A stretch of 64,000 bases of DNA, from contig JAXDGW010000064.1 in NCBI GenBank assembly GCA_034664845.1, positions 21,632 to 85,631 of the forward strand, written 5' to 3'. The position numbers and the translations under genes were made by a program. The DNA comes from Thermoanaerobaculia bacterium. GTDB lineage: Bacteria; Acidobacteriota; Thermoanaerobaculia; Gp7-AA8. A model generated the notes under the pieces. That model had not been told where the DNA came from. It did no database searches and was given only the letters and a program-made list of their open reading frames with translations. Of this stretch, positions 38,800-47,833 are shown one piece after another (position 1 is the first letter of the stretch; each line of letters opens with the position of its first letter).

Positions 38800-39615
38800 A
38801 TGCTTCCTGACAAAACATTCGAAGGCCGTGTCGGCATCATCACCGGCGGCGGGACCGGGATCGGTTTCGCCATCGCTCGCGAGTTGGCGAAGCTCGGAGC
38901 TACCGTCGTTCTCGCCAGCCGCAGCGCGGACCACCTCGGGCCGGCTGTCGAACAGTTGCGGAGCGAGACGGGACGCGCCAATGCTGCGGACTTCATCGCG
39001 CTCGACGTACGCGACGCCGAGGCCGTCGAAGCGATGGCTGCGAAGGTCCACGGGGATTACGGGCGCATCGACTTCCTCGTCAACAACGCCGCCGGGAACT
39101 TCATCGCACCTGCCGATCAGCTCACCGTCAACGGCTGGAACTCGGTCATCGGCATCGTGCTCAACGGCACGTTCTATTGCACGAGCGCCGTCGGCAAGCG
39201 GATGATCGCGGCGAAGAAAGGCGTGATCCTCAACGTCATCGCCAACTACGCCTGGACCGGCGCGCCGGGTGTCGTCCACTCCGCAAGCGCCAAGGCCGGC
39301 GTACTGGCCATGACGCAGACGCTGGCCGTGGAGTGGGCCCGTCACAAGATTCGCGTCAACGCCATCGCCCCGGGTCCGGTTCACACGGAAGGCGCGTCGA
39401 AGCGGCTCTTCCCGAACGAGATGATCGAGGAAGGGATCCGCAAGACCATTCCCCTGCGCCGCTTCGCCAATCTCGAGGAAGTCGCCAACGCCGCCTCCTA
39501 CCTGCTCTCCGACTACGCCTCCTATGTCACCGGCGAAGCGATGGTGATCGACGGCGGCCAATGGCTCAGCGGCGCCGACTACTGGACGCGCGTGCAGCAG
39601 ATGGCGCCGAAGTGA
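38800..39615 (+). CDS. SDR family oxidoreductase, 2,4-dienoyl-CoA reductase-like
   Basis: ITGGGTGIG, LVNNAAGNF, HSASAKAGV, IRVNAIAPGP, DGGQWL. Confidence 0.88.
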   Translation: MLPDKTFEGRVGIITGGGTGIGFAIARELAKLGATVVLASRSADHLGPAVEQLRSETGRANAADFIALDVRDAEAVEAMAAKVHGDYGRIDFLVNNAAGNFIAPADQLTVNGWNSVIGIVLNGTFYCTSAVGKRMIAAKKGVILNVIANYAWTGAPGVVHSASAKAGVLAMTQTLAVEWARHKIRVNAIAPGPVHTEGASKRLFPNEMIEEGIRKTIPLRRFANLEEVANAASYLLSDYASYVTGEAMVIDGGQWLSGADYWTRVQQMAPK

Positions 39616-39880
39616 CTCCGCCGCAACGGATCGTATAGGGCCGCCGAATGGTCACGAAGCGCGGCGATCAGTTAATCGCCGCTTTTTGATTACGCGATCA
39701 AGCCGCTGCGAGCGAGAAACGTCCGTCAGTTGCAGTTGGCGGGTGCCACCAGACGCTCGACGCCCGCTTGGACGTATTATTGTCGCCTTACACACAACCA
39801 CACCAAGCGAGATACGCGCAAAGAATGCGTCCGCGGTCGAGATGAAGCTAGAGGGGCAATGGCCTAGAACAGAGAAGCTA

Positions 39881-40420
39881 ATGAAGTGTTTTGTCATCAT
39901 GCCAATAGGCGACCCAAGGAAGGACGCCGAGTCTGCGAGGCGCTTTGAGCACATCTATACGCACTGGATCAAGACCGCCGTCGAAGAGCTTCGTTTGGCT
40001 CCGGAGCTCGGACAGATTCCCTGTCATCGGGCAGACAAAGAGAATCGGCCCGGTGACATCATTTCGCAGGTCATCGAAGCGGTCGCCGAAGCTGACTTCG
40101 TCATTGCTGATCTAACCGGTAGAAACTCAAACGTGTTCTATGAGTTAGGTGTGCGGCATGCACTTCGAAATAACACGATTCTCATTGCACAAGACATTGA
40201 TGACATTCCATTCGACCTCAGAGGGCAACGGACGATTTGCTATCGCTACGATCCAGAGAGCCTTGTTGGTTTGAAACGGTCGATTCAATCGAGCCTTTCG
40301 GACATGATTTCAACGACGACGCAGATTGATAACCCAGTTAGGAGGTTTCTCTATGAGCGAGAAGTCGCGAAAATCGTCTCAGCTCCGGTCCCGCTGGGTA
40401 CGATGCGCTGCGACAGCTGA
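39881..40420 (+). CDS. Nucleoside 2-deoxyribosyltransferase/TIR-like Rossmann domain protein (N-terminal part of a probably frameshifted gene)
   Basis: CFVIMPIG, CHRAD...GDII.QVIEAVAEADFVIADLTGRNSNVFYELGVRHA, IPFDL; lower GC than its neighbours. Confidence 0.75.
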   Translation: MKCFVIMPIGDPRKDAESARRFEHIYTHWIKTAVEELRLAPELGQIPCHRADKENRPGDIISQVIEAVAEADFVIADLTGRNSNVFYELGVRHALRNNTILIAQDIDDIPFDLRGQRTICYRYDPESLVGLKRSIQSSLSDMISTTTQIDNPVRRFLYEREVAKIVSAPVPLGTMRCDS

Positions 40421-40428
40421 TCGACGAG

Positions 40429-40944
40429 ATGCACGCGGTGCGGCACGACCTTGCCGAGCGTGTCACGGAGATACGCGATCTAGTCCAGCACACAACGTCG
40501 ACGCCGGAACCAGCGGTTGTAGTGACGACCGATGCGCTTTCACCCTTTGAGGGAGCCTGGACCTCAACCGAGCATGGCGGGTTATATCTGGTCAAACGCT
40601 GTGGCTCCGAGTTGCGCGGACCGTATTGTTTTGGCTCTGATAGCGAACTGAGCTCTCACTTTTACAACGTTCAAATCGTGGGCGAGCAACTCCTCTGTCG
40701 CTTCAAATGGTTCAAACACCCTGTTGAGGGCTGCATTATTCTGAGGTTGGTCAGCAAGGACCGGCTTGCCGGAGGGTGGTGGTACATCGAGCAACTCCCC
40801 AAGCGCGCCCGAGCTGATCTGCGTCAGGTTCACGAGAGGCTCCCGGCAATGAATCCTTTGCATCTTGTGAGGATTGCAACTCCGGAGCCTTTGCCTGGAT
40901 GGGCAATCGACTACTTTGAGCGGGCGCTGGCAGGAGACGTCTGA
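40429..40944 (+). CDS. Beta-rich hypothetical domain, probable C-terminal half of the upstream gene
   Basis: The frame is open back to 40357 and reads GYDALRQLIDEMHAVR; FEGAW.S...LRGPY...RFKW...G.IILRL...LAGGWW beta-barrel-like pattern. Confidence 0.55.
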   Translation: MHAVRHDLAERVTEIRDLVQHTTSTPEPAVVVTTDALSPFEGAWTSTEHGGLYLVKRCGSELRGPYCFGSDSELSSHFYNVQIVGEQLLCRFKWFKHPVEGCIILRLVSKDRLAGGWWYIEQLPKRARADLRQVHERLPAMNPLHLVRIATPEPLPGWAIDYFERALAGDV

Positions 40945-40965
40945 AGCTCGGCCAGGCGCGAAGTT

Positions 40966-41319
40966 CTACGAATCGAGGATCCGCAGAATCGCGGTCAGCT
41001 CGCGCTTTACATCGCCGAGGGCTTTGTCTTTCGCTGGTGTGGACGGTTGAGTGTCCGCAGCCGTCGCCGGCGACGCAATCTCGACGTCAAGCTTCTTCTT
41101 CGCGCCGGCGATGGTGAAGCCCTCCGAGTAGAGGAGCTGTTTGATGCGGAGGATGATGTCGATCTCGCGGCGGTTGTAGAGGCGCTGGCCGCCGCCGCTC
41201 TTGTTCGGCGCGAGCGGCGGAAACTCCGTCTCCCAGTATCGCAGCACGTACGGCTGCACCTCGGCGATCTTGCAGACCTCGCCGATCTTGTACAGCCGGT
41301 CTTCGTCGTCGGCAGCCAT
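40966..41319 (-). CDS. MerR family transcriptional regulator
   Basis: YKIGEV......[21 protein letters not shown]...[14 protein letters not shown]. Confidence 0.9.
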   Translation of the reverse strand: MAADDEDRLYKIGEVCKIAEVQPYVLRYWETEFPPLAPNKSGGGQRLYNRREIDIILRIKQLLYSEGFTIAGAKKKLDVEIASPATAADTQPSTPAKDKALGDVKRELTAILRILDS

Positions 41320-41338
41320 CCAGCGTGATTATAGGCGG

Positions 41339-42388
41339 CTACTCGGTGCCGAAGGCCACCGCGCCGGCGCCGTCGCTCTCGATCTTTCCATCGAGCTCGT
41401 TGAAGAGTCCCACCGCGGCCGCGAAAACGTCGTCGACGCTGATCTCGTTCATGCAGCCGTGGTGCATCAGCGGGCAGTCGCGTTTGTAGCAGGGCTGGCA
41501 GGCGAAGGGTTTGCGCACGACGCGGGATGCGCCGGGAATCACGGTGCGGTCGGGATCAGTCGGACCAAAGATCGACACCGAGGGGACGGCCAAAGCCGTG
41601 GCGAGATGTAGCGGTCCGCTGTCATTAGTGACGACGACGGAACAGTGCGAGATCGCGGCAGCGAGCTGCAACACATCGCCTTCGCCGCCGATGATCGGCA
41701 GACCGTGGCGGGTGGTCGCGGAAATCGTCTCCGCCTGATGCCGTTCGCCGGGGCTGGTCAGCAGAACGACGGAGAAGCCGGCATCGCGCAGGCGCTCCGC
41801 AAGCTGGCCGTAACGATCGTCGCCCCAGTGCTTGGCGCGGCCGAAGAGCCCTCCCGCGTGCAGTCCGAAGAGCGGCTCATCGAGACGTACCCCTGCATCG
41901 CGCAGCAGACGCCCGGCCCGTTCGCGCATGTGCAGCGGAATCGACATCGTCGGGATCTCATCGACGACGCGCGGGGCATTCATCGCCGCTAGAAGCTTTG
42001 TGTAATCGTCGAGCTGATGCCCGCGGTCAGGATCGCGGCGCACGCCGTGAGTCAGCAGCATCCCTCGTGCGTCGGTCGAGTAGCCCCAACGCTCGCCGAT
42101 GCCGGCGGCGAAGGCCACGATCGCAGCGCGGAAGGAGTTCGGAAGGATCACGGCGCGGCGGAAGCGGCCCGCCTTCAGCATGCGGATGCGCTCACGCGTG
42201 TCGCCGTTCCAGGCGATCACGTTGCGGAAGATGCCGGCCGTCGCCAGGAGCGGCGCGATGTGCTGCGGCGCCGCCACCGTAATGCCCCCCTCGGCGCGAA
42301 AGCGGTGATGCAGCGCGCGGTACGTCGGCAGAGCAAGGACGTTGTCCCCGACCCAGTTGAGGCCTACTACGACTGTCTCACTCACCAT
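41339..42388 (-). CDS. waaF: LPS heptosyltransferase II (GT9)
   Basis: NWVGD.VLALP, LPNSF, AKHW, VVTNDSGPLHLA.AL.VP.V.IFGPT. Confidence 0.85.
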   Translation of the reverse strand: MVSETVVVGLNWVGDNVLALPTYRALHHRFRAEGGITVAAPQHIAPLLATAGIFRNVIAWNGDTRERIRMLKAGRFRRAVILPNSFRAAIVAFAAGIGERWGYSTDARGMLLTHGVRRDPDRGHQLDDYTKLLAAMNAPRVVDEIPTMSIPLHMRERAGRLLRDAGVRLDEPLFGLHAGGLFGRAKHWGDDRYGQLAERLRDAGFSVVLLTSPGERHQAETISATTRHGLPIIGGEGDVLQLAAAISHCSVVVTNDSGPLHLATALAVPSVSIFGPTDPDRTVIPGASRVVRKPFACQPCYKRDCPLMHHGCMNEISVDDVFAAAVGLFNELDGKIESDGAGAVAFGTE

Positions 42389-43310
42389 CTGTCGTTTTGC
42401 CTTCGATCTCACCCGACGCGTTCCCCTTCCAGCGGTCGTGCATCCACAACCATAACTCCGGGCGAGCCGCAATGCGGCGAGAAATCGCATCGTTGATGCG
42501 CCTGGTCAGCGCCTCAACGCCCTTTTCCTCTTCGCGAAGTTGATCGATTCGAATCGCTTCCTCGAAATCGAGCCGGTGCCCGGATTCCACCGGAATGCAA
42601 AAAGCGATCACAATCGTAGACTCGGTACGTAACGCCAGTTTTGCGGGGGCATCGGTGGTCCATGCCGGGCGGCCCAGAAACGGCACGAGAATCCCTTCCC
42701 GAGGCTGCACCGCCTGGTCCGGAAGAAGGATGACTGCGGCGTTTTGCGACAGCGCCTTGAGCAACGATCGCGCGGCGCGTTTGCGGTCGACGACCTGAAC
42801 GCCGGTGCCTGCGCGAATGCGGGCCACGTCGCGCTCGAGATACTCATTGTCGAGCGGACGGGCCACCGTATACACGCTCTTGACGAGCGACATGATGGCC
42901 AGCCCTCCGATCTCCCAGGAACCGAAATGCGCGCTGAGAAAAAGGATTCCCCGCCCCACTGCGAGGGCCTCTTCGAGGATGTGCGTATCGACGAACTGGA
43001 CCAGCGGCGCAATCTCGTCGATCGGCTGGTTCTGCGTCCGGAGGGTTGCAAGCGCCTGACGCCCGAAGTGACGCCAACACTCGTCGAGGATGTGCCTGCA
43101 CTCGGCGCTCGATTTCTCCGGAAACGTCTCCGTGAGATTGCGCATCGCCAGCCGGTCGCGGCTGCGCAGGACGTGGCGCGCCAGCATGCCGAGGCGCGAG
43201 CCCCAGCGGCGAAGTCCCTGATCCGACGCCAGGCGGACGGCGCCGGCGGCGGCCCGGTAAAGCAGATACTCGACGCGCTGCATCAGCGCGTTTTTGCGGC
43301 GGCGGCTCAT
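42378..43310 (-). CDS. Lipid A late acyltransferase (LpxL/HtrB family)
   Basis: LSAHFGSWE (HxxxxE), ARPLDN, LPDQ, VPFLGRPA, WLWMH.RWK. Confidence 0.85.
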   Translation of the reverse strand: MSRRRKNALMQRVEYLLYRAAAGAVRLASDQGLRRWGSRLGMLARHVLRSRDRLAMRNLTETFPEKSSAECRHILDECWRHFGRQALATLRTQNQPIDEIAPLVQFVDTHILEEALAVGRGILFLSAHFGSWEIGGLAIMSLVKSVYTVARPLDNEYLERDVARIRAGTGVQVVDRKRAARSLLKALSQNAAVILLPDQAVQPREGILVPFLGRPAWTTDAPAKLALRTESTIVIAFCIPVESGHRLDFEEAIRIDQLREEEKGVEALTRRINDAISRRIAARPELWLWMHDRWKGNASGEIEGKTTDGE

Positions 43311-43329
43311 GGGTTTATAGGCAGCGATC

Positions 43330-43420
43330 GGAGACAAGAGATCGGAGATCAGGGAGGGGACGGTCGGGTGGCGTCTCAGGTCACGGCTTCTGATCTCTCG
43401 TCTCTGATCTCTTGTCTCTG
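43330..43420. repeat. GAGATCAG-unit inverted repeat overlapping the lpxK 3' end
   Basis: GGAGACAAGAGATCGGAGA versus TCTCTGATCTCTTGTCTCTG. Confidence 0.7.
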
Positions 43421-44262
43421 ATTCCACCGATTTTCGCGATCGCGTCCAGCACTTCGGGCTCGATGATCATCTCGGCGGCGATGGCGATGATGTCACGGTC
43501 GTCGATCTTCACCGCGTCTTTTTCGGTCGTCACAATGGCCTCGGCTCCGGCAGCGGAAGCCCGTTTCCCGATCGCTGCGATGTCCTCCGCCGTGTAGCGA
43601 TGATGATCGCCAAACGATCGGGTGGCCACGACATTCAGATTGTTCGCGCGGAGCGAGGAAAAGAACTGTTCGTTGTCCGCCAGACCGGCAAACGCGAAAA
43701 CGCGGCGGGAGGTCAACGCCGAGGGTACGAAGAGCCGGAGATTGCGCTGGATGACGATGCCGGCATCGGCGAGCGCAGAGCGTCCCTCGCGCATGACGCC
43801 ACGTCCAGCATCGATCACCACGTCGAGATCGCGGGCCAGCTGGAGATGCTGGAATCCATCGTCGAGGATGAATAAATCGCAATCGTTCTGAGCCAGAAAC
43901 TGCATTGCGGTGTCATAGCGTTTTGACCCTACGAGTACGTGTATGTTTTCGAGCTTGCGTTTGATCAGCACCGGCTCGTCACCGAAGCGGCTGGCGTCGA
44001 GCGACGTCACAAGCCCGGCCTCGTCACCCGCGCGCCCATGACCGCGCGTGAGCACGGCGACTGCGAATCCTCGCTGGGTGAGGTCGCGCGCAATCGCGAT
44101 CACCGCTGGCGTTTTCCCCGATCCTCCCGCGGCGAGGTTACCCACGGAGATCACGGGACGCGGCAATCGCTTGCTCTTCAGGATGCCGCGACGGTAGAGC
44201 GCGCGGCGCAGCCGGTTCACGCCGCGCCATAGAAGCTCGACTGGTTTGAGGAGGGTGGTCAC
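43381..44262 (-). CDS. lpxK: Tetraacyldisaccharide 4'-kinase
   Basis: VISVGNL..GGSGKTP, LTRGHG, GDEP, ILDDGFQHLQL.RDLD, F.DHH.Y, TTEKDAVK. Confidence 0.92.
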   Translation of the reverse strand: MTTLLKPVELLWRGVNRLRRALYRRGILKSKRLPRPVISVGNLAAGGSGKTPAVIAIARDLTQRGFAVAVLTRGHGRAGDEAGLVTSLDASRFGDEPVLIKRKLENIHVLVGSKRYDTAMQFLAQNDCDLFILDDGFQHLQLARDLDVVIDAGRGVMREGRSALADAGIVIQRNLRLFVPSALTSRRVFAFAGLADNEQFFSSLRANNLNVVATRSFGDHHRYTAEDIAAIGKRASAAGAEAIVTTEKDAVKIDDRDIIAIAAEMIIEPEVLDAIAKIGGIRDKRSETRDQKP

Positions 44263-45506
44263 GCCAGCAACTCGATGATGGCCGATGCTGTGCGGGCGGC
44301 GGCTCCGCGATTCTGTCCCACGGTGCGCCGCGCGCGCTCACCGACGGAGTGCCGTTCGGCGTCGTCATCGAACATCCGGCCGGCGAAGGCGAAAACGTCG
44401 CTCGCGGAAAACGACTCAACCGCGCCGCCTTCGCGCAGAAAGATCTCCGCGATCTCGCGGAAGTTGGACATATGCGGACCGAAGGTCACCGGCACACCCG
44501 CCGCCGCCGCTTCGATCGGATTGTGTCCGCCGGTGGGCACCATGCTGCCTCCGATGAAGGCTGCAGTTGCATAGCGATAGATCCTGGCCAACTCGCCGAA
44601 GGTGTCGAGTAGCAGAACGTCCGCGGAGCCGGCAATCCCGGCGCTGCGCCGCACGAAGCGAATCTTCGACGTTCCGAGCAGTCCCGCCACGACATTGAAT
44701 CGTTCCGGCTTTCGCGGAGCGATGACCACAAAGGCGTTGTGCGCCGCGATGAAACGCTCCAACTCGGGCAGGAGCGCCTCATCCTCCCCTTCCATCGTTG
44801 AGCCAAGCACGAGTACCTTGCGTCCGGCGATGAGCGCTTCGATTTGCGGCGCAATCTCGAGCGGCCGCTCGTCGGGCACGTAGTCGAACTTCACGTTGCC
44901 GCTCGTTTCAACGATCCGCGCCGGCGCCCCGATGGCGATGAAGCGCTCGCGATCCGTTTCCTCACGCGCCAGGATGCGGCTGTACTGCCGCAGGACCGCG
45001 CCAACGAACGGCTTCATCAGGCGATAGCGCGGCAGCGAACGGTCGGAGATCCGGCCGTTGGCCAGCAGCAGTTTCAGTCCGCGAGCCCGCGAGAGCCTCG
45101 TCACATTCGGCCAGATCTCCGTCTCCATCGTGGCGAACACCCGCGGACGGTGCTGGTTCAGAAAGCGCTTCACGCTCGATGCGAAGTCGAACGGAAAGTA
45201 CGTCACGGTGGCGTTCGGAAAAAGCGTGCGCGCCTGCGCCTGACCCGTGATCGTCGTCGTCGTGAAAACGATCGTAGTCGCAGGACGGCGCCGCAGGATC
45301 TCTTCGACCACAGGCCGCGCCGCCAGCGTCTCGCCGACCGACACCGCGTGGATCCACAAGTCGTGCGCCGCCGCCGGCGTCCGATAGAAACCCATCCGCG
45401 CCGGAAAGTTGGCGAAGTACTTTCCGCGCAAGGCGCCGGTCAGCAGAAAGTACGGCAGGGCGAGAAGAAGAACGAGGTACAGCAGCACCTCGTACAGAGC
45501 GAACAT
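44259..45506 (-). CDS. waaA: 3-deoxy-D-manno-octulosonic acid (Kdo) transferase
   Basis: WIHAVSVGE, ETEIWPN, NGRIS, GNVKFD, GST..GE, APRKPERF, DTFGEL, GGS..PTGGHNPIEAA. Confidence 0.93.
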   Translation of the reverse strand: MFALYEVLLYLVLLLALPYFLLTGALRGKYFANFPARMGFYRTPAAAHDLWIHAVSVGETLAARPVVEEILRRRPATTIVFTTTTITGQAQARTLFPNATVTYFPFDFASSVKRFLNQHRPRVFATMETEIWPNVTRLSRARGLKLLLANGRISDRSLPRYRLMKPFVGAVLRQYSRILAREETDRERFIAIGAPARIVETSGNVKFDYVPDERPLEIAPQIEALIAGRKVLVLGSTMEGEDEALLPELERFIAAHNAFVVIAPRKPERFNVVAGLLGTSKIRFVRRSAGIAGSADVLLLDTFGELARIYRYATAAFIGGSMVPTGGHNPIEAAAAGVPVTFGPHMSNFREIAEIFLREGGAVESFSASDVFAFAGRMFDDDAERHSVGERARRTVGQNRGAAARTASAIIELLA

Positions 45507-45539
45507 GCTGCGAATCATAGGGTGTGTTGGGTGGAACGG

Positions 45540-45568
45540 TTGACGAAGCCCGGGGCCTGAAGTATCTT
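45540..45568 (+). promoter_or_regulatory. Sigma70-type promoter (leaderless) for the 45575 gene
   Basis: TTGACG-N17-TATCTT, then 6 nt to ATG. Confidence 0.65.
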
Positions 45569-45574
45569 TATTGA

Positions 45575-46078
45575 ATGCCGGAAGAGATTGTCTTTGGTCC
45601 AAACGCTAAGTCATCCGATGTGACGGCGTACTCCCTCAGCGTGTTGCGGGACATCATGGGCGTCGCGAATGTCGCGAAGCTGGTCATTTCCAGCACGCAA
45701 AGGCTTCCCGCTGATCAGGCCCGGGTAATGTTCAACAACCTCGAGACTCAGGGCGTCGAGGCGCAGCGAAAGCTCTACAAGCCGCCCGGGCAAGCGGTCA
45801 TCGACGTCTTCGTTGCCGGGAAGGCTGCGAAAAAGTCAGCCGATGCGATCAAGGCCGAGATGACGGCGAAGATCATCGCGCTCGGACCGACGAACGTGTC
45901 GCATCACGCGGCCGATCCGAAGATTCTCAATGTCTTCGATGTCGCCCCATCGTCGGTTGCGAACGTGGACGCGTTCCAGACCGCTGCAAAGTCTGATGCG
46001 CGGGTGTCGAAGTTTCTGACCCCGCCGAACGATCCCGGCCTGCACCTCGAAATCCCGCAGCCACAGATCGTCGGGTAG
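45575..46078 (+). CDS. Putative M15-like (Hedgehog/DD-peptidase fold) Zn peptidase
   Basis: ISSTQR.PADQAR, VSHH...D and HLE motifs in LAS-enzyme order; no signal peptide. Confidence 0.5.
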   Translation: MPEEIVFGPNAKSSDVTAYSLSVLRDIMGVANVAKLVISSTQRLPADQARVMFNNLETQGVEAQRKLYKPPGQAVIDVFVAGKAAKKSADAIKAEMTAKIIALGPTNVSHHAADPKILNVFDVAPSSVANVDAFQTAAKSDARVSKFLTPPNDPGLHLEIPQPQIVG

Positions 46079-46083
46079 CCGCT

Positions 46084-47145
46084 TCAGGCGCGGTAAAGCG
46101 CCGCGCCCCAGTGCAAACCCGAGCCGAGGGCCGTGAAGCAAACCAGCATTCCCGGCTTGATCCGGCCTTCGGTCACGCACTCGTGATACAGAATCGGCAG
46201 CGTGCCGGCAGTCGTGTTCGCGTAGCGCTCGATGTTGTGCGGGACGCGATCGGGGCTGAGTCCGACTTGTTTCGCCACGCCTTCGACGATGCGAAGGTTC
46301 GCCTGGTGAACGAGCAGGATGTCGATGTCCTGTACGCTCATCCCCGCCGAGGCGCAGACGTCGCGCACCGCCTCGGGCATCTTCGACAGCGCCTGGCGGA
46401 AGACCTCGCGGCCGTCCATGTCCGGGATGATGTCGCTGTCGTCGATCTGCTTGTGCGTGACGAACGGACGAAGTCGGAAGCCAACGCCGCGCGTGTAAAG
46501 CGCCTCGATGTTCGAGCCGTTCGTGTAGAGCTTTGAGGCCAGGAATCCGCGGTTGTCATCCTCCATCGCCTCGACGACGACCGCTCCCGCGCCATCGCCG
46601 AACAGCACGACGCGATCGCGAATACGCGTGTTCGCTTCGCGCTCCTCAGCGGTCACCTCGCGATCCTCTAAACCGATCGTCGTCGCCCAGCCGTTCTGCC
46701 ACGGCATGAACGGCGTATGCACGTCGGCGCCGATCAGGAGAATGCGTTTGTATTTGCCGCTGAGGATGAGCGAGTCGGCGAGGTCGAGGCCGTAGAGGAA
46801 CCCGGAGCACTGCTGGCGGATGTCGAACGCCGGCAGCGATTCGCGGAAGCCCATCTTCGCCTGCACGACCGGCCCGTTGCCAGGAAAGAAGTGGTCCGGC
46901 GTCATCGTCGCGAAGATCAGGGCGTCGATATCGTCGCGGGTCCGCCCCGCCGTTTGCAGCGCACCTTCGGCTGCCATCATGCCGAGGTCCGCGGAGGACT
47001 GGCCGGGATCAGCGTAGTAGCGCTGCTCGATGCCGCTGCGTGTCCTGATCCACTCGTCGGTCGTGTCCATGATCCGGGCGAGCTTGTCGTTGGTGACGAG
47101 GTTCTTCGGGATGCCAATTCCGCTGCCGGTAATCACGCTTTTCAT
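46084..47145 (-). CDS. fabH: 3-oxoacyl-ACP synthase III family protein
   Basis: DEWIRTRSGI, FDIRQQCSGF, LFGDGAGA, HQANLRI, YANT, GSGL.WG. Confidence 0.9.
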   Translation of the reverse strand: MKSVITGSGIGIPKNLVTNDKLARIMDTTDEWIRTRSGIEQRYYADPGQSSADLGMMAAEGALQTAGRTRDDIDALIFATMTPDHFFPGNGPVVQAKMGFRESLPAFDIRQQCSGFLYGLDLADSLILSGKYKRILLIGADVHTPFMPWQNGWATTIGLEDREVTAEEREANTRIRDRVVLFGDGAGAVVVEAMEDDNRGFLASKLYTNGSNIEALYTRGVGFRLRPFVTHKQIDDSDIIPDMDGREVFRQALSKMPEAVRDVCASAGMSVQDIDILLVHQANLRIVEGVAKQVGLSPDRVPHNIERYANTTAGTLPILYHECVTEGRIKPGMLVCFTALGSGLHWGAALYRA

Positions 47146-47214
47146 CGAGAGAGAGCATACACAGACCCCACCAGCGGCGCGAGGATTGCTTCGCTCATCG
47201 GTATCGGAGGCTTT

Positions 47215-47553
47215 ATGAAGAGAGTACTTTGCTGCGCAATTGCGATCCTGGCGTTCGCCTGCATGCAGAAGCAGGCTGACGGAACCTATCGCGCCACCAC
47301 CAGCACCGCCATGTCAGATGCCGCGAAAAAGGCCCACGACAACGCCGTGCAATCGGGCGAACAGATCAAGAAAACGTCGAACGACATCGGCAAGTCCGAC
47401 GCGGTCCAGAAGATCAAGAGCGGCTCCGTCGAGCTCGGCCGCGGCGTGAAGGAAGGCCTCGGCCAGGTCGCGCAGAAAGCGGGCGCAGAACTGCAGGAAG
47501 CGGGGAAGAAGGCCGAGGACGACGTCAAGAAGAAGGATTCGGCGAAGCACTGA
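47215..47553 (+). CDS. Small lipoprotein with helical LEA/apolipophorin-like repeats
   Basis: GGAGG SD, lipobox LAFAC, K/A/G-rich helical body. Confidence 0.65.
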   Translation: MKRVLCCAIAILAFACMQKQADGTYRATTSTAMSDAAKKAHDNAVQSGEQIKKTSNDIGKSDAVQKIKSGSVELGRGVKEGLGQVAQKAGAELQEAGKKAEDDVKKKDSAKH

Positions 47554-47568
47554 GCGGCGTTCATCCGC

Positions 47569-47735
47569 GCTGTCATCCTGAGCCGCCGAAGGACACGAAG
47601 TGCCGAAGGACGGTCGAAGGACCCCCCGCGCTTTTGCAAGGGTCGGGTGGTGGCAAACAAACCAGGCAAAAAGCGCAGGGGGTCCTTCGACGTCCTCCGG
47701 CACTTCGTGTCCTACGGCAGTCTCAGGATGACAGC
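47569..47735. repeat. GCTGTCATCCTGAG...CTCAGGATGACAGC long palindromic element
   Basis: Near-perfect arms of about 55 bp (CCGAAGGACACGAAGTGCCG / CGGCACTTCGTGTCCTACGG) around a spacer. Confidence 0.85.
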
Positions 47736-47833
47736 GTGGATGACAGCGGCGCGAAGGCCCATGCGTCATTGCGCATTCGCTGACGACGATTGCGCAATAC
47801 AGCGCGACCCGCGATGTTCTATCCTTCCGCGCA

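Noticed and set aside
39686-39880. N-terminal extension of the NDT-like ORF
   Set aside because: Non-protein-like sequence; domain homology starts at MKCFVIMP (39881).
40357-40420. Programmed ribosomal frameshift in the NDT-like gene
   Set aside because: No X-XXY-YYZ or A-AAA-AAG slippery site and no obvious stimulator; a simple indel is more likely.
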